Origin: Candidatus Saccharimonadales bacterium
Lineage (GTDB): Bacteria > Patescibacteriota > Saccharimonadia > Saccharimonadales > JBBQAJ01
Direction of reading: 5' to 3'
Assembly (NCBI GenBank): GCA_038316195.1
Contig: JBBQAJ010000006.1
Location: forward strand, 1-33,560
DNA length: 33,560 nt
The position numbers were made by a program, and so were the translations under genes. This document shows positions 15,856 through 25,070 of the stretch, in pieces. Numbering within the stretch: the stretch's first letter is position 1; each line of letters opens with the position of its first letter. The notes below the pieces were generated by a model that saw only the letters and a program-made list of their open reading frames with translations, ran no database searches and had not been told where the DNA came from.

Positions 15856-16936
15856 GAGTAACCGGCAAAATCGTGGAGGTTTTTAGTCCATTTACTCTCT
15901 GTTAATTAGCAATAAGTAATGTCGTAAGACATTACTTATACATGAAACAACGAGGATTTCGCTACTGCCCCACCTGCAGTACAAAGCTACAAAAGCGTGG
16001 ATTAACAGCTGCTGGTACCCAACGTTGGTTGTGTATTGTTTGCAGCAGGAGTGGTACAAAACCACGGCCAGATTTATCTCAAGCTTTGCTCTTGGAACGG
16101 TTTGTCGCCTGGCTACTAGGGAAACAATCCCAAGCAGACTTACCAGGTTCTGAACGCACATGGCGAGCCCAAACGGCTTGGTGTTGGAAGATTGTGCCGC
16201 CACAAATACACAGTGGCGAGATTTATCCGGTAGTAATCATAGACGGCATCCGGATTGGCAGTACAGTCTGCCTCATTGCTCGTACTCCTGAATACGTCAT
16301 TGGTTGGCACTGGGCACCATATGAATCCAGTGGCACCTGGTCTGAGCTGTTTGACCAGTACCCAGCTCCTAGCTTTGTGGTCTGTGATGGCCAGAAAGGT
16401 ATCTTACTGGGACTTAAGCGATCGTGGCCAACAACGGCAATACAGCGCTGCCATTTCCATGTCTGGCAGAATGTCCGAAGTAAGCTAACTCTGCATCCCC
16501 AAACTGAAGCTGGACAAGATCTCCTACGTCTGACCAGAGGCTTGTGGCAAGTCTACGGTCCAGAGCATATGACAGCTTGGCGGACTGGTTTCAGACTTTG
16601 GGAAGAAATATACTGTGACTTTGTAAAACAACGCACCTATCACCAAGAGCCAACAGCTGGCAGACGACGCTGGTGGTATACCCATGGACGGCTCAGAAGT
16701 GCCTACAACCAACTCAGGAAGTTGCAGGAGGATAACCAATTATTTACGTTCATTCATAACCCAAGAGTACCGATACCTAGAAACACCAATCACATGGAAG
16801 GAGGTATTAACTCCCAGCTCAGAACCAAGCTCAAACTACATCGAGGTATGAACGAAGAGCACCAAAGACGACTGGTTGAATGGTATCTTTACAGTCGAAC
16901 CGAAGACCCAAAACCTCCACGAAATTGCCTATAACC
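15856..16936 (+). mobile_element. IS256-family (IS1249-like) insertion sequence, ~1.08 kb
   Basis: Inverted repeats 15864-15888 and 16905-16929 (21/25 match); direct repeat TTCTTTTCC at 15847-15855 and 16937-16945; visibly higher GC than flanks. Confidence 0.9.
15942..16934 (+). CDS. IS1249-like DDE transposase
   Basis: N-terminal CPTC...GTQRWLCIVC Zn ribbon; IIDG, VVCDGQKG, IQRCHFH, NTNHMEGGINSQL. Confidence 0.93.
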   Translation: MKQRGFRYCPTCSTKLQKRGLTAAGTQRWLCIVCSRSGTKPRPDLSQALLLERFVAWLLGKQSQADLPGSERTWRAQTAWCWKIVPPQIHSGEIYPVVIIDGIRIGSTVCLIARTPEYVIGWHWAPYESSGTWSELFDQYPAPSFVVCDGQKGILLGLKRSWPTTAIQRCHFHVWQNVRSKLTLHPQTEAGQDLLRLTRGLWQVYGPEHMTAWRTGFRLWEEIYCDFVKQRTYHQEPTAGRRRWWYTHGRLRSAYNQLRKLQEDNQLFTFIHNPRVPIPRNTNHMEGGINSQLRTKLKLHRGMNEEHQRRLVEWYLYSRTEDPKPPRNCL

Positions 16937-16945
16937 TTCTTTTCC

Positions 16946-17176
16946 ACACATACAGGTAAGTCGACCTTAATTTTGCAGTATCAGCCTTCGCAATCAATGA
17001 GCCGAATATAAAGTTTACAATCGTTCAAGCTGGTTGGGCTAAGACAAATATGGATGGAATCAATGCAGATATTGAAGTAAGAATCATCCGTGGGTATCAA
17101 AAAGCTTTACAATACTATTGATACTCTAGAATCCGGAAAAATGTACAACTACAGTGGCTCACAAATGAATTGGTAA
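16946..17176 (+). pseudogene. Degraded C-terminal part of a short-chain dehydrogenase (CsgA/C-factor-like)
   Basis: LNFAVSAFA..IKFTIVQAGWAKTNMDGINADIEV, frameshift near 17080, then ESSVGIKKLYNTIDTLESGKMYNYSGSQMNW*; resembles the SDR PGWVxTDM...SGxFxxYxG..W tail. Confidence 0.7.
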
Positions 17177-17330
17177 TTAAATCATTTTCATTTCTTAAGT
17201 TATCATACTAAATGAATAATAAGTGAGTTATGAAAGTTACAAATATATATTTACGTAGATAGTCAGAGATAAAATATTTTATAATTTAGAATCTATAAGT
17301 ATTTGTGTGTGTTAGAATTATCAAGTTCAC

Positions 17331-17405
17331 GCCGTCGTAGCTCAGTGGTAGAGCATCGCCATGGTAAGGCGGGGGTCTCGAGTTCAAATCTCGACGACGG
17401 CTCCA
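17331..17405 (+). tRNA. tRNA-Thr(GGT)
   Basis: GCCGTCG/CGACGGC acceptor; TCGCC-atGGTaa-GGCGG; GTTCAAATC; CCA. Confidence 0.95.
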
Positions 17406-17439
17406 TAGCACACATACTACACACTACAATTTACTTCAG

Positions 17440-17468
17440 TTGCATAGTTATTCTTTATCTGTTAAAAT
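17440..17468 (+). promoter_or_regulatory. Candidate rpmG promoter
   Basis: TTGCAT 17440-17445, 17-nt spacer, TGtTAAAAT 17460-17468. Confidence 0.55.
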
Positions 17469-17478
17469 CTAATCTCAT

Positions 17479-17682
17479 ATGGCAAAAAAAGGCGGAAAAA
17501 GAAAGATAGTTGGTCTAGTGTCCGAAGAATCTGGACACAGGCATTATTACACACGTAAAAATACCATGAATACTCCCGACAAATTGCAGCTCAAAAAATA
17601 TGATCCAGTACTTAGAAAACATGTTCTTTACGTAGAAACCAAAAAATCTTTAGGCCGAAACGAAGTCAAAAAAAAGAAATAG
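17479..17682 (+). CDS. rpmG: 50S ribosomal protein L33, Cys-free type, with short C-terminal extension
   Basis: [16 protein letters not shown]...[19 protein letters not shown]. Confidence 0.95.
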   Translation: MAKKGGKRKIVGLVSEESGHRHYYTRKNTMNTPDKLQLKKYDPVLRKHVLYVETKKSLGRNEVKKKK

Positions 17683-17760
17683 TTAGTTAGTAGAAGTTGA
17701 TAACCCTAAATATTTTTATCCTTTTGGCTTTTATATACAAATGAGATAATGGTATTGTTA

Positions 17761-19689
17761 TTAAGTTTTTGAGTAGTCTAAAACAGTATTAATAAATTCT
17801 GCGTGACTCCATATAAGTGGTGTAACTGACACAATCGAACCATCGTTTGGGTTAACTTGTTCCGATAGAACACCACTGTATAGTTTATGATCATTTGCCC
17901 AATCTAAATAATGCTTAGCTTTTTCTTTCTGGCCAGAACGTACGTAAAACTGCGCCAACCAAAGTGTAGTCACAAACCAGGGGTTACCCATATATGCTGG
18001 ACTCGAAGCAAAATAATTATCGTTTTCATAGCGAGGGCATCCTCCTGATGGACTTTTGTCCAAGAGTACGTTTTCAATTTTGAGTATAGTTTTTTGTATT
18101 TGTTCAATGCCATTGTTCAGTCCATACATAAGTACACCATACAAACTAGATACATCTAAAGTGTCGTCAAAATTTAAAGAACCATCTTGCATTAGTAAAT
18201 AGCCTTTTCTGTATATTTCCATCTTAGGGTTAAAAAGTATACTCGAATTATTCTTTATTTTATTTGCAACTTCTCGCCACAAAACGGCATCATCAGGATA
18301 TTCAAACATATCAGCAAACTGTGCAGCTGTCATTAACGCTTGAAATACAACTGAAACGGTATAAGTTGATGTCAGAAACTTTTCTTCCCACAAATCGTAA
18401 CTTGCATGTGGCAATCCTGTTTCGCTGTCAATAAACGCTGACATGAAGTTTGCGGCTGGTTGTATGAAAGTGCTATAAAGGCTCTGAACAAACTCTTGGT
18501 CGTTTGAATATTCTAAATATTCACCAAGCATGTAAATCACAATTGCCGTTTCATCTTCCTGGATAGCTAACTCTTTGCGTTTATTATGTATGAGAGGGTG
18601 CCAAGTACTTCCTATAGCCTTATCAGGTTGATATTTATGCATCAAATACCCATCAGGATTCATGATATCTCTACAAAATTCAAAGAATTTTTTAGGTTCT
18701 TCACAGTAACCCAGTCTTATCAATGGCCATATGACATAGGCACCATCTCTTGGCCAAACGTAACTGTAATAATCTCTACCATAATTGTATATAGAAGAAT
18801 CAGCACTTGCTATCACCCCACCTCGTTTATCAATATGAGAACGCAAAACTAGAAGTGACTTTGAAACCATAATTTTGAATTCGTCTGGTACCTTACTTCT
18901 TTTGTTCTCAGACAAAGACAGCCATGAATGCCAATTCTGTCTAGTTTTTTCTCTACGAACATTATTAGTAGATTCTTTGAATAAATTGTGAATTTTTTCT
19001 GCTGATTGCTGTGAATCTGACGCAACTATCCAATAGTCGACAGTACTAGTTGCCCGTGAAGGCATTTTAAGTTTAAATCGCATAACAGAGTCAACTCCAC
19101 CATGTTCAACAGCACTGCCAGATAATTCGCCATCTTCGGCATCTTTGAATGTACCTTCTTTTCCTTCAATTCCATAACTTCCAACAGCATATTGGTCAAA
19201 GGGTTTGCCTTCAGTCTCTCCATAAATCAGCAAACTTACGCGTCCTTTATAGTCTAGTATGTAGTTTTCTTCTGGTACGAATAACGCTGTATCGGCTCGA
19301 CCTGCATGTGATATTTGAAATACTTGGTGTAAAAACACTCTAATTTCTCTAGCATCATCATATGCATTTTCAACTTGTATAACCCTACTAAATACGTTGT
19401 ACTCAGAATCTACAAAGTCATTTAATACTAGTTTTATTCCTAATTGCTCGTTTTTCATAGTTATTCGACTGATAAGTGCATCATTTTCAAAATCAACTAC
19501 CGTTTGCCAACTGCCATCATCTACCCAAGTAAACTTTCCGTTTACCCAAATACCGATCATATGATGAGCACTACGAGCATTGGTGAGATTTTCTAAACCA
19601 ACGTAAGGATAATAAAAATCATGGACAAGCCCGTTTTCATTTAAGCCCACAGTAAGTGCGCCATTGCCAAGCATTACTAGTCTTGCCAT
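17761..19689 (-). CDS. Glycoside hydrolase family 15 (glucoamylase-like)
   Basis: YSYVWPRDGA, QEDETA, DLWEE, LSEQV...PLIWSHAEF; start likely ATG 19689 just after the GH57 stop. Confidence 0.92.
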   Translation of the reverse strand: MARLVMLGNGALTVGLNENGLVHDFYYPYVGLENLTNARSAHHMIGIWVNGKFTWVDDGSWQTVVDFENDALISRITMKNEQLGIKLVLNDFVDSEYNVFSRVIQVENAYDDAREIRVFLHQVFQISHAGRADTALFVPEENYILDYKGRVSLLIYGETEGKPFDQYAVGSYGIEGKEGTFKDAEDGELSGSAVEHGGVDSVMRFKLKMPSRATSTVDYWIVASDSQQSAEKIHNLFKESTNNVRREKTRQNWHSWLSLSENKRSKVPDEFKIMVSKSLLVLRSHIDKRGGVIASADSSIYNYGRDYYSYVWPRDGAYVIWPLIRLGYCEEPKKFFEFCRDIMNPDGYLMHKYQPDKAIGSTWHPLIHNKRKELAIQEDETAIVIYMLGEYLEYSNDQEFVQSLYSTFIQPAANFMSAFIDSETGLPHASYDLWEEKFLTSTYTVSVVFQALMTAAQFADMFEYPDDAVLWREVANKIKNNSSILFNPKMEIYRKGYLLMQDGSLNFDDTLDVSSLYGVLMYGLNNGIEQIQKTILKIENVLLDKSPSGGCPRYENDNYFASSPAYMGNPWFVTTLWLAQFYVRSGQKEKAKHYLDWANDHKLYSGVLSEQVNPNDGSIVSVTPLIWSHAEFINTVLDYSKT

Positions 19690-19690
19690 A

Positions 19691-20902
19691 TTATGCCTCA
19701 ACTCCCAAGCAACTTAGTCTATATACTAAGTCGTGCCACGCATTCATGAAGTTGATAAAAGCTTCATAAGGGGTGTCATACGGACTAAAATAGGCATGTA
19801 TATCGCCATCGTTGAACCATTTAGTACACATATAATAAAAATGATCAGAAGTTTGAAGTTTTCGCCAATCTTCGATTAGACTTAAATTCCCGGTTTGGAG
19901 TATTTTGTTTTGCAATCCATATAAAGCCGTAATGGCTTGCTGTTGCATTGGATTTCCTAGCCAAGCTGACAAATCACGCTCTGAATCGGCCCAGGTTATA
20001 GTTTGAGGGACGTCAACTTGATCGACTGGTTCAAAGCTTTGAACAGTTTCACTAACAGTCATAAAAGTATTTTCACTTTCTTTTAGCCATTCAGATGGCA
20101 AATGACTCAAGAATTCAAATATCCCACCTTCACTCCATTGATGTTCTCCAAATGTCTCATAATCCATAAAAAGATTGAAGTTAGTGCCATCGCCAGAGTC
20201 TTTTACCCATTTCACAAATTTATCTGCTGTTAAAGGCCAACCAGACCAATCTCTGTCTCCAAAACGAAAAGCGATATCGTCACTTAATTTGTAATTTTTC
20301 ATAAGTAATTTTATGTTGTCTGTGTATGTCGGTCGATAAACATAATTGGGGCTTCGCCATCCTAATATTGGATCCCAACCTTCAGTAAGAATACCGGTGT
20401 ATCCAGCTCTATCTGCCCAGTATGCCAAATCATTATTGTAGCTAAGTTCAGTGTTTCTAAAAACTTTTGGAGTTTGCCCAAACAATTGTTCAATTTTGTT
20501 TTTATGCATTTCGACTTGCATTTCAAACTCGGAAAGGGAATAGAAGAATGCCAAGCTATGGTGGAAAGTTTCAGCTACTATTTCAACTCTTCCAGTCTCA
20601 GTTAATTTTTGAAAAGACTCTAATACATGTGGTGCATAGCGCTCAAATTGCTCCAGAACTGTACCAGATAAAGATAAACTTACTTTAAACTCAGGGTGCT
20701 GGTCTAAAAGTTCCATAAGTTTTTTATTCATAGGCAAATATGATTTTTCAGCAACTTTTTGAATGATTGATTGGTTATTTGTTTTAGAATCAATTGGCGC
20801 ATCAAAATAATCGTGATTTTTAGAGGCATCAAATATTGTATAGTGACGGACACGAAAAGGTTGGTGAACGTGCAAATAAAGTACTATTGCTTTGCGGCTC
20901 AT
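19691..20902 (-). CDS. Glycoside hydrolase family 57 (alpha-amylase-like)
   Basis: HVHQP, ETFHHSL, FRNTEL, FMDYETFGEHQW, QTSDHFYYM. Confidence 0.93.
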   Translation of the reverse strand: MSRKAIVLYLHVHQPFRVRHYTIFDASKNHDYFDAPIDSKTNNQSIIQKVAEKSYLPMNKKLMELLDQHPEFKVSLSLSGTVLEQFERYAPHVLESFQKLTETGRVEIVAETFHHSLAFFYSLSEFEMQVEMHKNKIEQLFGQTPKVFRNTELSYNNDLAYWADRAGYTGILTEGWDPILGWRSPNYVYRPTYTDNIKLLMKNYKLSDDIAFRFGDRDWSGWPLTADKFVKWVKDSGDGTNFNLFMDYETFGEHQWSEGGIFEFLSHLPSEWLKESENTFMTVSETVQSFEPVDQVDVPQTITWADSERDLSAWLGNPMQQQAITALYGLQNKILQTGNLSLIEDWRKLQTSDHFYYMCTKWFNDGDIHAYFSPYDTPYEAFINFMNAWHDLVYRLSCLGVEA

Positions 20903-20978
20903 AGTGTTAATGTTCCAAGTCTAAAAGCAATTTCATTGTGCGTAAAAATGTGAAAATTAATTAATTTTCCTGAGGAAT

Positions 20979-22187
20979 TCATACCAAAGCCTTTTGTATG
21001 TGGAATTTATACGCAGTCAATAGCTTGTCTGCTGCTTGACTCCAGCTTAATTCGTCTAATTCCATTCTTGAATTTCTTTGCAATGTATCTCGTAGTACAT
21101 CGTTTTTAACGACTGAGGTAATTTGGTTTGCCATTTCACGAATATCCCAAAAATCTACCTTTAAGCAGTTGGCAATAACTTCAGAAACACCGGACTGTTT
21201 ACTGATAAGAGCTGGTGTACCATATCCAATAGATTCAAGTGGAGTTAGCCCAAACGGTTCTGAAACAGAAGGCATAACGAACAAATCTCCAATAGCAAAC
21301 GCATCTCGCCATTGTTTGCCTCGCATAAAACCTACAAAAAGTACATTTTTACTTATTCCCAGTTCTGCTGCTAATTCAATAAGCTCAGTATTTTGCTCCC
21401 CAGAACCAACAACTAGAAATATTGTTTTAGGTGCACTTTCTATTACTGCCTTAGCAGCTTTAAGTAAGTTAGGAAGTCCTTTTTGAATGGTTAATCTTCC
21501 AACATTTACTACGACCCTATAGCCGTGCTGTTTCATTGTTTCAAGGTAACTATAGCTGTTATCTCCGTCGATAGGTAGAATCTCAGATAAATCAACACTG
21601 TTATGAATTATTTCGATCTTATCAAATGGAATTTTATACTCTCTTATTATGGCTTTTTTGGTGTGATTGCTGACGGCAATTATTTTGTCAGCCAACATCA
21701 TTGCGTTATATTCGATTTCTCTAACTAAATGGTTGCCTTCATTTTCTCGTCCAGCCCTGTCCGACTCAATTGAATGAACATGTAAAATTAAAGGTCTGTT
21801 AGATTTTTCTTTTGCACGAAGAGCAGCTCTAAAAGTTAACCAATCGTGAGCGTGAATCAAATCAAAACTAGTCTCATCTACTATTCTGCCTACGGCCTCT
21901 TCGTATATTGTGCTTTGATCAAACAAATCAACCCACTCTGTTTCGCCAGAAATTTTAGTATATTTAAAACTATCATACGGGATACCAGAGTTAATTACAG
22001 TCTTTACGTCTTGAGGGTGAGCTGTATTTATTTTCATAAAATCTATACCATGTTCAGCTGTATATGGCACGACAAATTCAATATCAACGGTTTTTTTAGA
22101 TAACGCTTTGCATAGCTGGTAACATGCCACACCAAGTCCACCACTGTTATAAGGTGGTAATTCCCATCCCAACATTAATATCTTCAT
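20979..22187 (-). CDS. GT4/GT-B glycosyltransferase (glycogen synthase-like)
   Basis: GWELPPYNSGGLG, HAHDW, GRLTIQKG, PSVSEPFGLTPLE. Confidence 0.92.
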   Translation of the reverse strand: MKILMLGWELPPYNSGGLGVACYQLCKALSKKTVDIEFVVPYTAEHGIDFMKINTAHPQDVKTVINSGIPYDSFKYTKISGETEWVDLFDQSTIYEEAVGRIVDETSFDLIHAHDWLTFRAALRAKEKSNRPLILHVHSIESDRAGRENEGNHLVREIEYNAMMLADKIIAVSNHTKKAIIREYKIPFDKIEIIHNSVDLSEILPIDGDNSYSYLETMKQHGYRVVVNVGRLTIQKGLPNLLKAAKAVIESAPKTIFLVVGSGEQNTELIELAAELGISKNVLFVGFMRGKQWRDAFAIGDLFVMPSVSEPFGLTPLESIGYGTPALISKQSGVSEVIANCLKVDFWDIREMANQITSVVKNDVLRDTLQRNSRMELDELSWSQAADKLLTAYKFHIQKALV

Positions 22188-22363
22188 ATTAAGTCGCTAC
22201 CCTCTGCTTTCTTCTTATCTTTATTTAACTTGTATTATAGGTGATAAACGGGGGTAAGCACAACCTTTTATAATTTTAATAATTAGTCCCATGATTGAAT
22301 TGCTTTTATGGTGACAAAGCACCCAAAATCGGCTATGATTACTCTGTTCATAATGTAATTTAT

Positions 22364-22439
22364 AGGGGTATAGCTCAGTTGGTAGAGCACCGGTCTCCAA
22401 AACCGGGTGTCGTAGGTTCGAGTCCTGCTACCCCTGCCA
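22364..22439 (+). tRNA. tRNA-Trp(CCA)
   Basis: AGGGGTA/TACCCCT acceptor; CCGGT-ctCCAaa-ACCGG; GTTCGAGTC; CCA. Confidence 0.97.
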
Positions 22440-22504
22440 GGTGAAATAATTATTCCCTGACATAATTTTGCAACAGATAAGAATTAGTTATAATATATTA
22501 AGAT

Positions 22505-23167
22505 ATGCAGAAACTAATACTTTCACAACCAACTCTTTTTCTTTTATTTGGATTCCCAGGTTCGGGTAAGACATTTTTTGCTAGACAAATCTGCGAAGAG
22601 TTACAGGCTGCACACGTACAAGGCGATAGGGTAAGGTATGAACTTTTTGAACGACCACGCTACGATAAACAAGAAAATCAAATAATTAGTCAGCTTATGA
22701 AATATATGACAGAAGAATTTCTAAAAGCTGGAGTTAGCGTAGTCTATGATGTAAACGCCATGAGAACTAGTCAAAGAAAAGCACTCAGGGAACTTGCGTT
22801 TAAGAACAAGGCACAAACTGTGTTAGTTTGGTTCCAAATGGATATTGATAGTGCATATGAACGCGTATCAAAAAGAGATAAACGCAAAACTGATGACAGA
22901 TTCACTGCTAATTTAGACAGACGACAGTTTGATTCGATAATTCGAGGTATGCAAAACCCCGATACAAGTGAAAGTTATATGGTTATAAGTGGTAAAAGAA
23001 CATTCCACACACAACGAAGCGCGACTATAAAAAAACTTTACGACATGGGACTAATCCAGTCAGAACAAACTATCGCTGGTCTCGCAAAACCAAACTTAGT
23101 AAATTTAGTTCCGAATAATAGTGGTGGTAGAGTTGACCCTTCAAGACGTAACATAACAATTAGATAA
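22505..23167 (+). CDS. P-loop kinase-like protein (AAA_33-type)
   Basis: GFPGSGKT Walker A; SVVYD Walker B; lid region RVSKR. Confidence 0.8.
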   Translation: MQKLILSQPTLFLLFGFPGSGKTFFARQICEELQAAHVQGDRVRYELFERPRYDKQENQIISQLMKYMTEEFLKAGVSVVYDVNAMRTSQRKALRELAFKNKAQTVLVWFQMDIDSAYERVSKRDKRKTDDRFTANLDRRQFDSIIRGMQNPDTSESYMVISGKRTFHTQRSATIKKLYDMGLIQSEQTIAGLAKPNLVNLVPNNSGGRVDPSRRNITIR

Positions 23168-23170
23168 ATT

Positions 23171-23881
23171 TTGGCACAAAAACTTATAAATATTCAGGAT
23201 TTAGGTATCGTAAAAATTCAAAAAAGAAAAGACGCTAAAAACATACGTTTATCAGTTAGTCATGACGGTGTGTTACGCGTAACTATCCCTGTATGGACAC
23301 CTTATAAGGCTGGTGAAATGTTTGCACTCAGCAAAAGAAATTGGATTCAAAAACAGCTGTCTTTAAAGCACTCTCATAAATTTCAGTCTAACCAGAGAAT
23401 AGGCAAAAGCCATCGTATAATATTTGTTTCATCAGAAGTTAATAAAATTTCGGCACGAGTATCAAACACTGAAATTATTATTCGTTTTCCTAAATCTAAA
23501 ACATTCAGCGACGAAGATATACAAAAAAAATTAAGAGTGGCTGCAATTAGGGCTCTAAAACGAGAAGCTAAACTACTTTTACCTCAAAGGTTAAATTTGC
23601 TTGCTGACAAGTATAATTTTGAATTTCGAAGTGTTAATATTAAGAATTTAAAAAGTAGATGGGGAAGTTGTAGCTCAAATCAAGATATAGCATTGAATTG
23701 TTTTTTAATGCAACTTCCATGGGAACTAATTGATTATGTTTTATTACATGAATTAGTCCATACCAAAATAATGGCACACGGAAGTGATTTTTGGAAAGAA
23801 CTGAGTATATATGTCTCTGATTTGTCTGACAAAAGGAAGATTATTAAGAATTATCAACCGATTCTTATATCTCAAGATTAA
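23171..23881 (+). CDS. YgjP/DUF45-family metal-dependent hydrolase
   Basis: SRWGSCS, YVLLHELVH (HExxH), HGSDFW; TTG start. Confidence 0.88.
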   Translation: MAQKLINIQDLGIVKIQKRKDAKNIRLSVSHDGVLRVTIPVWTPYKAGEMFALSKRNWIQKQLSLKHSHKFQSNQRIGKSHRIIFVSSEVNKISARVSNTEIIIRFPKSKTFSDEDIQKKLRVAAIRALKREAKLLLPQRLNLLADKYNFEFRSVNIKNLKSRWGSCSSNQDIALNCFLMQLPWELIDYVLLHELVHTKIMAHGSDFWKELSIYVSDLSDKRKIIKNYQPILISQD

Positions 23882-23919
23882 AAGATATATATTAAAATCG
23901 AATTTGTTACAATATGCTT

Positions 23920-25050
23920 ATGCCTATTGAACAAGCAGATTCTCTTAATGATAGTGTACCCGTAGCCTTGCATCCGGACGTAGAAGTTGAGAGAGAAAGG
24001 CTGACAAGCTTAATAAACAGTATGGGTGATGGTGTTTTGGCAGTAGATGAAAATTTTAATATAGTTGTGAATAATGGTGCTGCACTAAACATTTTAGATG
24101 TAAATAAAACTTTATCAGGACAGAAACTAAATTCAGTCTTAAAACTACTTGATAAATCGGATGAAGTAATGGATGTTAACGCTCTAATTTCATCAAAAAA
24201 TACATCTCAAGCAAGCCGTGAATGGAGGATCAAATATTCCGACGGCAGCACGGTTAATCTATATGTAAGCATTGCTCCAGTTCGCCTCGGTTACGGCCAG
24301 CGTGGAATGAAAGGCTACGTTATTTTATTGCGTGATATTACTCGTGAGAAATCTCTAGAAGAAGAGAGAGATGAGTTTATTAGTGTTGTAAGTCACGAAC
24401 TTCGCACACCTATAACAATTGCAGAAGGAAATATTGGTAACGCAGAATACATTTTAAAAAAAGCAGGAATAGTAGATAAAGGAGTTCAGGATGCGTTGGC
24501 GCAGGCTCATACACAAGTTGAATTTCTTGCTGGACTCATAAATGATTTATCAACACTATCAAGGGCCGAAAGAGGCGTTTTGCAAGTAGAAAAAGAATCC
24601 ATAAATGCTAGCGAATTAGTTGATGAATTAATCTCAAACTACAATCCACAAGCAGTGGCAAAAGGAATAAAACTCTTAACCAATCTAGACCCAAAATTGG
24701 AAATTATAAATTCATCTAAACTTTATATCAGGGAAATACTACAAAACTTTATAACAAATTCAATAAAATATACTGAAATTGGAAGTGTCACCATTGGAGC
24801 CGTATCAAAAGAAGATGGTATTGAATTTACGGTAACAGATACAGGCATAGGCATCAGTAAAAATGATCAAGCGAAAGTATTTGATAAATTTTTTCGCTCT
24901 GAAGATTTTCGAACTCGTGAGAGTAATGGTACAGGTTTAGGTCTATACGTGACAATGAAACTAGCGAATCTAATTCAGGCTAAAATTAGTTTAGTAAGTG
25001 AACTCAACAAGGGTTCAATCTTTACTATATTTATACCCAATTTAAAGTAA
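23920..25050 (+). CDS. Soluble PAS-domain sensor histidine kinase
   Basis: PAS (SMGDGVLAVD...LLRDIT); SHELRTP H-box; NFITNSIKY, DTGIGI, FDKFFR, GTGLGL; start 23914 or, more likely, 23920. Confidence 0.93.
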   Translation: MPIEQADSLNDSVPVALHPDVEVERERLTSLINSMGDGVLAVDENFNIVVNNGAALNILDVNKTLSGQKLNSVLKLLDKSDEVMDVNALISSKNTSQASREWRIKYSDGSTVNLYVSIAPVRLGYGQRGMKGYVILLRDITREKSLEEERDEFISVVSHELRTPITIAEGNIGNAEYILKKAGIVDKGVQDALAQAHTQVEFLAGLINDLSTLSRAERGVLQVEKESINASELVDELISNYNPQAVAKGIKLLTNLDPKLEIINSSKLYIREILQNFITNSIKYTEIGSVTIGAVSKEDGIEFTVTDTGIGISKNDQAKVFDKFFRSEDFRTRESNGTGLGLYVTMKLANLIQAKISLVSELNKGSIFTIFIPNLK

Positions 25051-25070
25051 TATCAGCAAATAACCATTCT

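Noticed and set aside
17303-17509. 68-aa ORF in the track
   Set aside because: Runs through tRNA-Thr(GGT) and into rpmG; spurious.
22310-22325. GGTGA-caaagc-ACCCA as a CRP box near the glucan operon/tRNA-Trp
   Set aside because: Only 7/10 match with a broken second half-site and no canonical spacing.
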